This document shows positions 50,758-60,352 of a DNA stretch of 64,000 nucleotides, one piece after another. Position numbers and translations under genes: made by a program. The notes below the pieces were generated by a model. It saw only the letters and a list, made by a program, of their open reading frames with translations, was not told the origin of the DNA and did not search any database. Position 1 is the first letter of the stretch; every line of letters begins with the position of its first letter. The stretch comes from Leptospiraceae bacterium (GTDB lineage Bacteria > Spirochaetota > Leptospiria > Leptospirales > Leptonemataceae): NCBI GenBank assembly GCA_040217195.1, contig JAVJNR010000003.1, forward strand, positions 704,001 to 768,000, read 5' to 3'.

Positions 50758-51324
50758 TCAGCCCAGATGATCTGAAACCATTCGATTAAAGCGTTCCAGG
50801 TAATAGGAGTCCGTGGTATCGAATCGGCCCTCTTCAGGACTATCAATATCCAGTACCCCGATGGGCCGGGCAGACACATGGGTGGTTTCTGGCGCAGGAG
50901 GCGGTGTACCAGGAGCGAATAAAGGAATTACCATTTCGGATTTACTGGCCGGATCACAGGTAATATGGCCCGGGAATCGATTCACATCGTCCACGATTAC
51001 CGGCTTCCTTCTTTCGAATGCGGATCCGCATACACCCTTGCCCGGCTCAATGACAGTGCAGGCCGGCATCCCCTGGAATGGACCCAGGCATAGTTTTTCA
51101 CCATCCCAGAGATAGAAACCACACCAGTTCACATCCGAAAGAAACCAGTTTAAAAGAGCTATAGAGTTTGTAAGGGTTGCCAGGGATTGAGGACCATACA
51201 GCCGAGATTCGAAGAAGCTATTCGGGTCGGTATCAGCCGGTTTCTCAAGCAAGGCATCCAGGGCTTTGAGAAGTTCCTCATAGTCAGACCTGGTATTCTG
51301 AGTTTTTCGAAATGGCTGAAACAT
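50758..51324 (-). CDS. msrC: GAF-domain free methionine-(R)-sulfoxide reductase
   Basis: NWCGFY, LGPFQG.PAC, GKGVCG, DV..FPGHITCD..S.SE, GVLDIDS. Confidence 0.9.
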   Translation of the reverse strand: MFQPFRKTQNTRSDYEELLKALDALLEKPADTDPNSFFESRLYGPQSLATLTNSIALLNWFLSDVNWCGFYLWDGEKLCLGPFQGMPACTVIEPGKGVCGSAFERRKPVIVDDVNRFPGHITCDPASKSEMVIPLFAPGTPPPAPETTHVSARPIGVLDIDSPEEGRFDTTDSYYLERFNRMVSDHLG

Positions 51325-51374
51325 CCAGGCACTCTGCTAATGCAAAACCTATTAGTCCATGCAATTCCAGAAGC

Positions 51375-51405
51375 AAAAAGAAGGGCCGCCTGATTAAGGC
51401 AGCCC
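51375..51405 (-). terminator. Rho-independent terminator
   Basis: Minus strand reads GGGCTGCCT-TAATC-AGGCGGCCC-TTCTTTTT. Confidence 0.7.
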
Positions 51406-51448
51406 CGACAACCCGGCTCATTGGCCGGTTCTGATACTCATTCTAAGA

Positions 51449-54181
51449 CTACTGCTGAACGCAGATGATACTATGCGAGTTGCGACAGTCTTCTTCTGCG
51501 TTGGTAAAAGTTCCGGATCCATTGGAGTTCCAAATCTCTCCGTAGAACTCAACACTACCGGCCGTTGGACAGGTCTGGAAAGTAAACCCATGGCAATTGT
51601 GTCGATACACTGTGGAAGGATCGACGCAGCTCCCGGTTGGAGTACTCGCCTGAGTCTGTGGTGCAAGCGAAGTGTTCATTCCAGTCCAGTAGGTGCCGCT
51701 AGGCCAGTATATCGCACTAGCATTATGTCTGGCCATACTGGTAGGATCGAACGAACTTCCTACAAATGCATGACTGGCCTCATCGTTACAGGTGCCGGCA
51801 CCGGTGCACAGGTAATAATAATTGGAAGAGTTGATCACCCAGTCTGTGCCTGTGCTACGATCATTCACTTCTCCACTACTATCACTGGCAATCAGCGCTT
51901 TATAAGTTCCGCTTGGAGCATATCCGGGTTTATTGCTATTGCAGATATTGTCTGCTCCCTGGACTCCCTGAGCGGTCATCTCACCCGGAGTATTCGTGGT
52001 GGCGATAAATACAGCCTTTCCAGCAGGCTCGTTATCTACGTTGGTTACATTTATGCTACCAGGTGATCGCCCGGAATAGCCAGCGTCCGTGCCTGTAGAA
52101 CCAGCCCCGAAATTCACTGAAAAGGTCTGATTACCATCAGCGAAGTCATCGTCCGCTCCGTTTACCGTAAACGATTTCACGTTAGTCGAACCGGCAGTAC
52201 AAGTGCCGTTGCTTGTAGCATCTGACTGCTCACCAGCACCCCAGGAAATCGAAGCCGGAGAGATCGTTGATCCTGCCTCATCCCCAGATGTAGCAGGAGT
52301 CAGCACAACGGTACCGGTGGGGCTGGCCCCCAGGCACACGTAGATGGTAGCAGTTGTAACCTCATCTTCGCTGGTATTGCCTACACGGTTAATATAGTAA
52401 TACTGCTCATTGTCGTTGGTCCGGGCGTATATTTCCACGGGATTGTAAGAATTGAAAGTGCCATCTGCAGAAGAGGACGCCGCCGTTTGCATAGTCCAAT
52501 CACGGTTCTGCGGCGTATTTACAATACTGTCATTGGCATGATTCAAGATCACACGGTTCGAGCCGCCAGCCAGCAAGGTGTTGTAATTGCTGCTATCAAT
52601 CACCACTGGTGTACTACCCGGAGTTCCGCCTTCTGTAGCATCGCTACTTGACAGCGTTACATTCACATCTGCGGCCGGTGAAGACTTGGTAATCAACCAA
52701 GTAGTGCTTGTGCCGCCTTCTGTCCTGCTGAACCGGTTCCCCATCGTTCCCAGTGGGGAACCAGAAAAGTTGCAATGAGCGATAACGTTGGTTGCATCGT
52801 TGTCGCAGGATCTAATCCGAAACACTGGCTCAGTTACTGAAGTGTTATAAGTAGAGTCGCTTGAAGACGCATCAAATGTCACATTATAATCCTGAAGCCC
52901 ACTATTTACAGAGTCTGTGGCACCTTCCACTTGCACGGTTTGGAAATTATTCCAGTTGCTCGGTGTAAAAGTTAGGCTACCGGTTAGCAGGTTGCATTTT
53001 GAACCGCAATTGGAGGAAAAGTTAAGCGTTACATCGGCAGATGGTTTCGAACGCAGGCGAATTCTGAACGTGGCATATGTAGCTCCCATTTGATTCGCTT
53101 CATCTGTCGCAAATCCGACAATGGTACCCCCTCCAGAATTTGTACTACCAGAACTCGTTTCTCCAGGAGCCGTATGGGAAAATTCCCAAGCATACCCGGG
53201 CACGCTCTGGTCACGGTTATATATCACAACATCCCTTGGATCGATACCGTTATAATCGCCATCGGAACTGGATGTACTCTCCACAGCAATTGTGTATATC
53301 TTGATTCCATCAACTTCAAGGTCATCCACGGCAGTAACCGTAACGGTCTGTGGTGTATTCCAATCACCTGGAGTAAAAGTCAGGGTTGTAGGGCTGGTTG
53401 TGCCCTCACGATTACCGGCATTAGTGGAGTCCGCAGTATCGTTTATTGGGATAGTAACGTTTGACAGAGGTGCAGTACGCAGAACAACGGAAAAAGTTCC
53501 GCTATTTGGTGTCGCCACTCCGGGCTCTTCCATAACATTCGAGATGTTGGAAACTCGAATCCCAGGCCCTTCATCGTCTTCCATTTGAACTGTTATGCTA
53601 CATGGAGTCTTGTTATGATAGGATCCGTCTTCGTTAATCTCACCCTCTGAATCCCTTTCAGTAACCCGGCCCATGGTAATTTCAAGAGGATCTTCAGGTG
53701 TATTTCTATCAAGATCATCCACGCGAGTAAAGGTAAAGCATTGTCGCTCCGCTACTCCCTCTGCATCAAAACTCAGCATTGCAGGAAGCGGGTCTCCATC
53801 CACAGAAGTAGGAAAGGAGCGGGTAACATCCACTCGACCATCATAAGAGCCGTTAGTAGTCAGGCCAAACTCAACACTACCCGAGAAGGCAACGTTAGGA
53901 TAGATGCAGGTTTCGAAGGACCGGTAGCCCCAGGATGTGCCACCGTTTACGTCATTTTCTGCGATCCCCTTGTCTTCGGAATCATCAAAAGTGGCTATTA
54001 CATCACCATCCTCTAGAAGAGAGATCTCTCGATAGGTGACGGTAATATCAGAAGTACAGGAATTGTCGTTTGACTGAAAAGCAGTACCAAACAACAGGCT
54101 ATCCCCTGCTCCCGTGGTTCCCAGGCATCCCAGACTGAAAACACTAACTGTTAATATTGCAAAGTAGTATGTGTATCGCAT
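51449..54181 (-). CDS. Large surface lipoprotein with repeated cadherin/Ig-like modules and a C-terminal DUF1554 (Len, endostatin-like) domain
   Basis: Lipobox FSLGC; repeats LTFTPGDWNTPQTV / LTFTPSNWNNFQTV; C-terminus GADNIC...GTYKALI...YWTG...IICVQQ. Confidence 0.82.
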   Translation of the reverse strand: MRYTYYFAILTVSVFSLGCLGTTGAGDSLLFGTAFQSNDNSCTSDITVTYREISLLEDGDVIATFDDSEDKGIAENDVNGGTSWGYRSFETCIYPNVAFSGSVEFGLTTNGSYDGRVDVTRSFPTSVDGDPLPAMLSFDAEGVAERQCFTFTRVDDLDRNTPEDPLEITMGRVTERDSEGEINEDGSYHNKTPCSITVQMEDDEGPGIRVSNISNVMEEPGVATPNSGTFSVVLRTAPLSNVTIPINDTADSTNAGNREGTTSPTTLTFTPGDWNTPQTVTVTAVDDLEVDGIKIYTIAVESTSSSDGDYNGIDPRDVVIYNRDQSVPGYAWEFSHTAPGETSSGSTNSGGGTIVGFATDEANQMGATYATFRIRLRSKPSADVTLNFSSNCGSKCNLLTGSLTFTPSNWNNFQTVQVEGATDSVNSGLQDYNVTFDASSSDSTYNTSVTEPVFRIRSCDNDATNVIAHCNFSGSPLGTMGNRFSRTEGGTSTTWLITKSSPAADVNVTLSSSDATEGGTPGSTPVVIDSSNYNTLLAGGSNRVILNHANDSIVNTPQNRDWTMQTAASSSADGTFNSYNPVEIYARTNDNEQYYYINRVGNTSEDEVTTATIYVCLGASPTGTVVLTPATSGDEAGSTISPASISWGAGEQSDATSNGTCTAGSTNVKSFTVNGADDDFADGNQTFSVNFGAGSTGTDAGYSGRSPGSINVTNVDNEPAGKAVFIATTNTPGEMTAQGVQGADNICNSNKPGYAPSGTYKALIASDSSGEVNDRSTGTDWVINSSNYYYLCTGAGTCNDEASHAFVGSSFDPTSMARHNASAIYWPSGTYWTGMNTSLAPQTQASTPTGSCVDPSTVYRHNCHGFTFQTCPTAGSVEFYGEIWNSNGSGTFTNAEEDCRNSHSIICVQQ

Positions 54182-54280
54182 TGCATTCCCCCGCCGATTT
54201 ACGGCCTATACTAAGAAACGGACGGCCTAATATGCTGGCGCAATGCAAAAAAAGGCTTACTACCTGTCTGTTTTTACAGG

Positions 54281-54886
54281 TTATCGTTTTCGCCATTTCC
54301 AGGGGGGTTGAGGATTCGATCTGTTCCAGAGACCTGCGCGATCGTCTTGTGCCTGCTTCTGATCATCTAAATACTTCTTCGAGTATCTTCTAAAAGCCCA
54401 GGCGCATCCTTTGCGAACAAGTTCAGCATTCAAATCTACTCCTTTCAGAGACATAACGGTGGCCACATTTCTGCCGTAGGGGTCCTCATACTCGGTTTCT
54501 ATGCGAAACGCTTCTTTTTGCAGTATTTCTTGCAGGCAGCTTTTTGCATCCCGTCCAAATTCCTGATCCAGTTCCGGAGCATCTACGCCATGCATTCGAA
54601 CCTTGATCTGACGACCATTCAGCCGTGCTGTAAATGTATCTCCATCGGCCACGCGGATCAATTCAGCGGCGGTGCCTGCGTCAGATTTTAGCTCCGGGCC
54701 CTGACTGCTGCTCGAAGAATCCGAATTGGCCACTGAATCTGATTCTGGCTTACAACCAGAGCCCAGGATCATCAGAACAAGAGTGATTGCAATTGGGCCA
54801 GCAAACCGCCAGGCCGGGCCGGTTGAAATACCCGGAACAGAGTCCAATCCAGTAGATTTCAGAGTCCTTCGGCGCATATCGCTCAA
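54281..54886 (-). CDS. Thermonuclease (SNase) family lipoprotein
   Basis: DGDT, VRMHGVDAPE, DPYGR, LVRKG.AW, GLW...PPWKWR. Confidence 0.92.
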   Translation of the reverse strand: MSDMRRRTLKSTGLDSVPGISTGPAWRFAGPIAITLVLMILGSGCKPESDSVANSDSSSSSQGPELKSDAGTAAELIRVADGDTFTARLNGRQIKVRMHGVDAPELDQEFGRDAKSCLQEILQKEAFRIETEYEDPYGRNVATVMSLKGVDLNAELVRKGCAWAFRRYSKKYLDDQKQAQDDRAGLWNRSNPQPPWKWRKR

Positions 54887-54975
54887 AGACTCTTCCGTAG
54901 CTCAGAGGGCAGCCTTTTTTCTATGTTAGTGGACTCCCGGATCCGCTCCTTTCCCGGACCAAACCGCAAAAATAC

Positions 54976-55030
54976 TTGTCGATGAACCCTGGACTGTTAT
55001 CCTGACTATTCATAGTATTCAGATAGGAAT
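54976..55030 (+). promoter_or_regulatory. Sigma70-like promoter of cysH with a downstream operator
   Basis: -35 TTGTCG (54976), 16-bp gap, extended -10 TGnTATCCT (54995-55003), operator ATTCATA-N9-TAGGAAT (55008-55030). Confidence 0.65.
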
Positions 55031-55049
55031 CATTCTATAGGAAACCGGT

Positions 55050-55802
55050 ATGGCCACAAAACAACTGGACTGGAAGAAAATCGCAGATCTAAATAAGGAT
55101 CCCGAGTTACAGACCGCTAACTCGATTGTTGACTGGGCAGCAAATTCCGGTCTGAATCTGGGGCTGGCCAGTAGCTTTAGCGCCGAGGACACCACTTTAA
55201 TCGATCACCTGGCCAGGGCCGTTCGAGCCGTGCCAGAAGCTGCAAAAAGAATTCATGTATTCTACCTGGAAACCGGACGGTTGCACGAAGAGACCCTGCA
55301 AACCCTGGAACAATGCAGAAAAATCTATCCAGAACTGGACTTCAAAGGCTATTTCCCGGCCCAGGCTGCTGTGGAACATCTCATTGGAGAAAAGGGGTTG
55401 TATTCATTCTACGATTCCATTGAGAACCGGAAGGAATGCTGCTTTGTGCGAAAAGTGGAACCTCTGAGCCGGGCTCTCAGAGATCTGGATGGCTGGATTA
55501 CGGGACTCAGACAATCCCAATCCGTAACACGAGCGAATCTACCGGTATTCCAGCTGGATACGGATCACGGAGGAATACTAAAGCTTAACCCATTGTCCTC
55601 CTGGGAAGAATCCGATGTGTATAACTATATAGAAGAAAACGATGTACCTTTGAATCCTCTGCATAAGCAGGGCTTTCCGAGTATTGGCTGCGCCCCCTGT
55701 ACCCGGGCTGTGCAACCTGGAGAGGATATACGGGCCGGCCGGTGGTGGTGGGAGAATCCGGAGCATAAAGAATGCGGATTACATGCAGGAGGCTCCAAAT
55801 GA
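55050..55802 (+). CDS. cysH: Adenylylsulfate (APS)/PAPS reductase, 4Fe-4S type
   Basis: SSFSAED, ETG, ECC..RKVEPL, TGLR..QS, SIGCAPCT, RAGRW, ECGLH. Confidence 0.96.
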   Translation: MATKQLDWKKIADLNKDPELQTANSIVDWAANSGLNLGLASSFSAEDTTLIDHLARAVRAVPEAAKRIHVFYLETGRLHEETLQTLEQCRKIYPELDFKGYFPAQAAVEHLIGEKGLYSFYDSIENRKECCFVRKVEPLSRALRDLDGWITGLRQSQSVTRANLPVFQLDTDHGGILKLNPLSSWEESDVYNYIEENDVPLNPLHKQGFPSIGCAPCTRAVQPGEDIRAGRWWWENPEHKECGLHAGGSK

Positions 55803-56695
55803 TGCGCCAGCAAGAAGGCTTTTCTGGAGCTAAGAATCAAAAAACCGGTGCCAGCTCTGCGGAAGGTCTAGCGAAATCCCAGCAATACCAGGGAAGTGTG
55901 GTACTGGCAGGTGCCGGCCCCGGGGATCCAGATCTTCTCACGCGAAAAGCCATCAAAGCTCTTCGAAAAGCAGATGCAGTGTTGTACGATCGACTCATCG
56001 ATCCAGCCGTTCTGCGATATGCCAGAAATGCCATCAAGATTCCAGTGGGTAAAAAACCAGGTCGGTGCCAGGAAACCCGGCAGCGCAGGATTCATCAGCT
56101 AATGGTGTATTATGCGCGAAAGGGCTACAACATTGTAAGATTGAAGGGAGGCGATCCGTTCATTTTTGGAAGAGGAGGCGAAGAGCTTCAGATATTGCGG
56201 AATGCTGGCATTCAATGCGAAGTAATACCCGGTATAAGCTCCTTCTATTCCGTTCCGGAAAACGTTGGCATTCCATTGACATTTCGCGGAATCTCCACTG
56301 CCTTTGGAGTTTTCACCGGACATGAAGCGGATCGCACTTCAGGAATTGCCTACGATGCAGCGGCTCGTATACCCACCGCCGTTTTTCTGATGGGCGTTAA
56401 AAAGCTTCCCGAAATTTCCAGGCAGTTAATTCTACATGGCCGAGCACCAGAAACACCGGTAGCCATCATTCGAAACGGCACCAGATCCAACCAGGAGGTT
56501 CGTATCACTGATCTGGCTACGGCTCCTCATTTAGAAGGCCTGGCTTCGCCTTCCATCATAGTGGTAGGCGAAGTAGTTCATGCACTGGGAATTTCTCCAG
56601 ATGCTTCCAGCCTGGCCGCTCTAACGGAACTGGCCAATGAAATGGAGTCTGCAGTGCCCCGGAAAACAGAAAAGATTGCTCCAACTCGCAGTTAA
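55799..56695 (+). CDS. cobA: Uroporphyrinogen-III C-methyltransferase (siroheme synthesis)
   Basis: GAGPGDPDLLT, YDRL, RLKGGDPFIFGRGGEE, PGISS; ATGA overlap with cysH. Confidence 0.95.
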   Translation: MMRQQEGFSGAKNQKTGASSAEGLAKSQQYQGSVVLAGAGPGDPDLLTRKAIKALRKADAVLYDRLIDPAVLRYARNAIKIPVGKKPGRCQETRQRRIHQLMVYYARKGYNIVRLKGGDPFIFGRGGEELQILRNAGIQCEVIPGISSFYSVPENVGIPLTFRGISTAFGVFTGHEADRTSGIAYDAAARIPTAVFLMGVKKLPEISRQLILHGRAPETPVAIIRNGTRSNQEVRITDLATAPHLEGLASPSIIVVGEVVHALGISPDASSLAALTELANEMESAVPRKTEKIAPTRS

Positions 56696-56781
56696 CTAAT
56701 TTGCAGGTACCTGCCCTGGGTCGGGACAAACGGGATCTAACTCTGGTCCAGGAATGATCCTGGCCAGGGGATGCCCCTGGC

Positions 56782-57150
56782 TTAGCGATGTTGATCAAAT
56801 AAGATGGAATTTCCGTCTGGATCTTTAAGTGTAAAACTGGCAGGACCTTCGGAATTCTTTGTTTCGCTATCCAGGGAAATCCCCTGATCCTTGAGCTTTT
56901 TCTCTATTTCGCGAATATCTGTAAAACTTTCCAGTTCGCTTGCATTCTGGTCCCATCCTGGATTGAAAGTTAGAATATTGCCTTCGAACATACCCTGAAA
57001 TAAGCCAATATTGCAATCCCCGTTTTTCATAATTAGCCAGCCCTGATCCTGCTGCCCATGGAATACCTGAAAACCCAGGGCTTCGTAAAAATCCCTGGAT
57101 TTCTGAATATCCTTCACTGCAAGACTAATGGAAAAACAACCTGGATTCAT
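56782..57150 (-). CDS. VOC/glyoxalase family protein
   Basis: SL.VKD...S..FY..LGF, IGLFQGMF..N.LTFNPGW, DPDGN. Confidence 0.9.
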   Translation of the reverse strand: MNPGCFSISLAVKDIQKSRDFYEALGFQVFHGQQDQGWLIMKNGDCNIGLFQGMFEGNILTFNPGWDQNASELESFTDIREIEKKLKDQGISLDSETKNSEGPASFTLKDPDGNSILFDQHR

Positions 57151-57407
57151 TTTATACCTGCCTGAATTTCGATAATTCGTATCAGAGACATGCCCAATCC
57201 TTCCAGCACTTTTTCAATTCTCCATCCGCAGATCCGTTCATAGGAAAAGCCTTTAGGTGGCCGTAGCTTGCGCTCGGTAGAGTGAGACATACTTCCGCGA
57301 CTGTAAATCCAGCCACCATAAAAGCTACCCTGCCCTGGAAACAAAACAGCTAACAATGCCCTGAACAGATTCTTGACATGTGAATTTTTGCTACTGGTAT
57401 TTAGCCC

Positions 57408-58415
57408 ATGCTGCGATTGTTTCTACTTCTGCTATTGGAAGCCGCTTCAGTATTCATTCTTTATCGCATTTCGATTACATCACCGACCATAGAATATGAA
57501 GTGCGCGAAATCTCCGGCTACATAGCTCTTGGCATTCATTGCCTGGCTTTGCTGCTTGCCCTGATCCTGGGGCCCAGAGGCGGCCAGGATTGGTCGGTAT
57601 CCCGTGAAAAGGCCCGGGCGAACCTAATCTACCTGGGCATCTTCCCTGCTTTCTCAGGATTTTGTATATACCTGGCATCCAATCAGAATATGTCATTGCT
57701 GGGAGTTTCCGGAGCCCTGAATGCGATGCTGGCATTATTCCTTTTGAACTGGTATCGCATGGATTTCCAACAGGCTGACCATCAGTTGAAACACAATTCC
57801 CTTTACGGGGAATTCCTGCCGCCGGCCGTAACCAGGAGTAATGGACTATTGGTAAAAAAGTTTATAGAGGGCACCTCTCTGGTCCTTCGAGGCAAAGCCG
57901 ATTGGGAAAGATTGGCAGGCTTTATTTTCTGGATTTTACTCTCTGCAGGGCTTGCAGGGATACTTTATCTGTCAGAAAACCAGAGTCTCTCCGGTTGGAT
58001 CATAGCCGTTCTACCAATTCTGGTTGCAATTCTGCACTACAAAGATGTCTGGCAGCTAAAAATTCGACTTTCTGCCAACTATCTTTCCATTGAGGACCAT
58101 ACCCTCATCACGAATCAAGATACGGATACCTCTATTTCACTCATATATGTGCAGGGTTTTCGCGTGGCCCATGAAACGCCCGGACATTACGTCTGGTTCC
58201 ATGAATCAAAGACTCATCAGTATTACAGACAACACAGAATTAGAATCTATGCGATTATGAAAAAGGGAGCTGATTACGGAAATTTAAGTATGGAGGGCTC
58301 GGAAGCTCTGGTGGGGGATTTTCATATTCTTTCTGAGAGTTCTGAGGAAGATGCAAACGAAGCTGAATACTTTATCAACAATGCACTTGCAAGCATCAAT
58401 GAACGATTAGGCTGA
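57408..58415 (+). CDS. Hypothetical membrane protein
   Basis: 335-aa ORF with about 6 hydrophobic segments. Confidence 0.7.
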   Translation: MLRLFLLLLLEAASVFILYRISITSPTIEYEVREISGYIALGIHCLALLLALILGPRGGQDWSVSREKARANLIYLGIFPAFSGFCIYLASNQNMSLLGVSGALNAMLALFLLNWYRMDFQQADHQLKHNSLYGEFLPPAVTRSNGLLVKKFIEGTSLVLRGKADWERLAGFIFWILLSAGLAGILYLSENQSLSGWIIAVLPILVAILHYKDVWQLKIRLSANYLSIEDHTLITNQDTDTSISLIYVQGFRVAHETPGHYVWFHESKTHQYYRQHRIRIYAIMKKGADYGNLSMEGSEALVGDFHILSESSEEDANEAEYFINNALASINERLG

Positions 58416-58566
58416 TCCGCTGACGGCCTATGTTGGTATTCCGGGTTCCATTGAACTCAAGCAACCAGAACCCGGGATAGGTTTTTTCACTGGTCATGGT
58501 CTGAGATGTTATCCAATTGTAACTCCGGATCATGAAATCCGAATAGAACAGAAAACGAGGAAAAAC

Positions 58567-58908
58567 ATGGAAAATGGGAAAACCTATTACAATCCCGAAG
58601 ATTTAAAGAAGTTTGGCAACATTGCTGATTTTCAGCCAGAACTGGCGAAGAAATTCTTTGATTATTATGGAACGGTGTTTCAGGAAGGAGCATTGACTGC
58701 CAGGGAGAAGTCCCTAATTGCACTGGCAGTATCACATGCTGTTCAGTGTCCCTACTGCATTGACGCTTACACTGTGGATACAATGGAAAAGGGAGCCTCG
58801 GAAGCGCAGATGATGGAAGCAGTTCATGTAGCGGCTGCAATACGAGGCGGTGCATCTCTGGTTCATGGTGTTCAAATGATGAATCGAGCAAGCGAACTCT
58901 CCATGTAA
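58567..58908 (+). CDS. CMD/AhpD-family peroxidase-like protein (ArsS-associated)
   Basis: GALT.REK.LIALAV, CPYCIDAY, EAVHVAAAI.GGA.LVHG.QM. Confidence 0.9.
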   Translation: MENGKTYYNPEDLKKFGNIADFQPELAKKFFDYYGTVFQEGALTAREKSLIALAVSHAVQCPYCIDAYTVDTMEKGASEAQMMEAVHVAAAIRGGASLVHGVQMMNRASELSM

Positions 58909-58945
58909 TTTTTTAGCGCATTGAATAAGAAGGTGAATCCAGAAG

Positions 58946-60010
58946 ATGACTAATGTAATGCCCACACTTTCAAAATCAGGAAATGAATTGGCCAGCTCCG
59001 AAGAGCAGCTGAGAATCCTTTCGCAACCGTTGCCGGACGGAAAGATACTGCCGTCATTTGAGCAGCGACTGTCTTCTATCGGCCTGGATCCATTCAAGCC
59101 CACAAAGATTGGCATCTTTCAGATGAACCTGGGTAAGCTCTGTAATCAGACCTGCAAACATTGTCATGTGGATGCTGGCCCCGACCGTACAGAAGTAATG
59201 TCCAAACATACAATGCAGGAATGTCTGGATGCTCTTGACCGAAGCGATATACCCACCGTGGATATTACCGGAGGTGCCCCGGAGATTAATCCAGATTTTC
59301 GCTGGCTGGTTGAGCAGCTTCGCATGCGAAACAAGCATATAATGGTCCGCTGCAACCTGACTGTAATTATGTCTGGATTAAAGTATCGCGACCTGCCTTC
59401 ATTCTTCGCCGAAAACCAGGTAGAAGTGATCTGTTCGCTTCCTTTCTATACGGAAGGTAGAACAGACCGCCAGAGAGGAGATGGAGTGTTTCAAAAATCC
59501 ATGGATGCACTCAAGGAACTGAATCGGATGGGCTATGCTCAGCCAGATTCAGACTTGAAGTTAAACCTGGTCTATAACCCGGCAGGAGCCTTTCTGCCCG
59601 GCAATCAGAGCGATCTACAGTCCGAGTTCAAGCGAGAACTGGAAAACCAGCATGGCGTGCAATTCAATGAATTGTATACTATCACCAATATGCCCATCAG
59701 TCGTTATCTGGAGTTTCTGATTCGATCCGGAAACTACGCAGAATACATGACCAGGCTGGTTGAAGCTTTCAATCCATCGGCTGCAACTGGAGTGATGTGC
59801 AGAGATACTATTTCTATTGGCTGGGACGGAACCCTATATGATTGCGATTTCAATCAGATGCTGGATATGCGAATTGAAGACCAGTATACAGGCCATGTAA
59901 GAGATTTTGACCAGAACCTTCTGGAGAGTCGAACCATTCGTACTCATCAGCATTGCTACGGATGCACGGCCGGGGCAGGCTCAAGTTGCGGCGGAGCTGT
60001 GTCCGAATAA
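58946..60010 (+). CDS. arsS: ArsS-family radical SAM protein (Cys form)
   Basis: CNQTCKHCHV, DITGGAPE, RQRG.GVF, VMCR, YDCDFNQ, HCYGCTAGAGSSCGG. Confidence 0.88.
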   Translation: MTNVMPTLSKSGNELASSEEQLRILSQPLPDGKILPSFEQRLSSIGLDPFKPTKIGIFQMNLGKLCNQTCKHCHVDAGPDRTEVMSKHTMQECLDALDRSDIPTVDITGGAPEINPDFRWLVEQLRMRNKHIMVRCNLTVIMSGLKYRDLPSFFAENQVEVICSLPFYTEGRTDRQRGDGVFQKSMDALKELNRMGYAQPDSDLKLNLVYNPAGAFLPGNQSDLQSEFKRELENQHGVQFNELYTITNMPISRYLEFLIRSGNYAEYMTRLVEAFNPSAATGVMCRDTISIGWDGTLYDCDFNQMLDMRIEDQYTGHVRDFDQNLLESRTIRTHQHCYGCTAGAGSSCGGAVSE

Positions 60011-60352
60011 GAAAAGCAGCCTCTCCAAACCGGCCGTTGCATTGAACCATAGGTCTATAACCACGGCTGGAACCGGGAGCTTGTATGGATCCTGGAGATT
60101 TAAACAGGATCCTTGTTCAGCCGGCTGCCCGGACAATTATTCGATTGGCATAAAACCATCTGTCTGAATTGAAGCGTCTTGATCCGAGCCGGTAATCTAC
60201 ACGTTGCCCGAGCACTCCAACGATCCATAATGGGCGGACCAGGAGGCAATAGCCCGACCGTACGCAGAAAGCGAGGGCCCATTGCCGTAGCCGAAAATCG
60301 GACACCTACTGGAAAAAACCTATGAAGGTATATTAAAAGGCTATCTATTCTA

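Noticed and set aside
59980..60010. Selenocysteine read-through in arsS
   Set aside because: The relevant codon is TGC (Cys), and the gene ends in TAA
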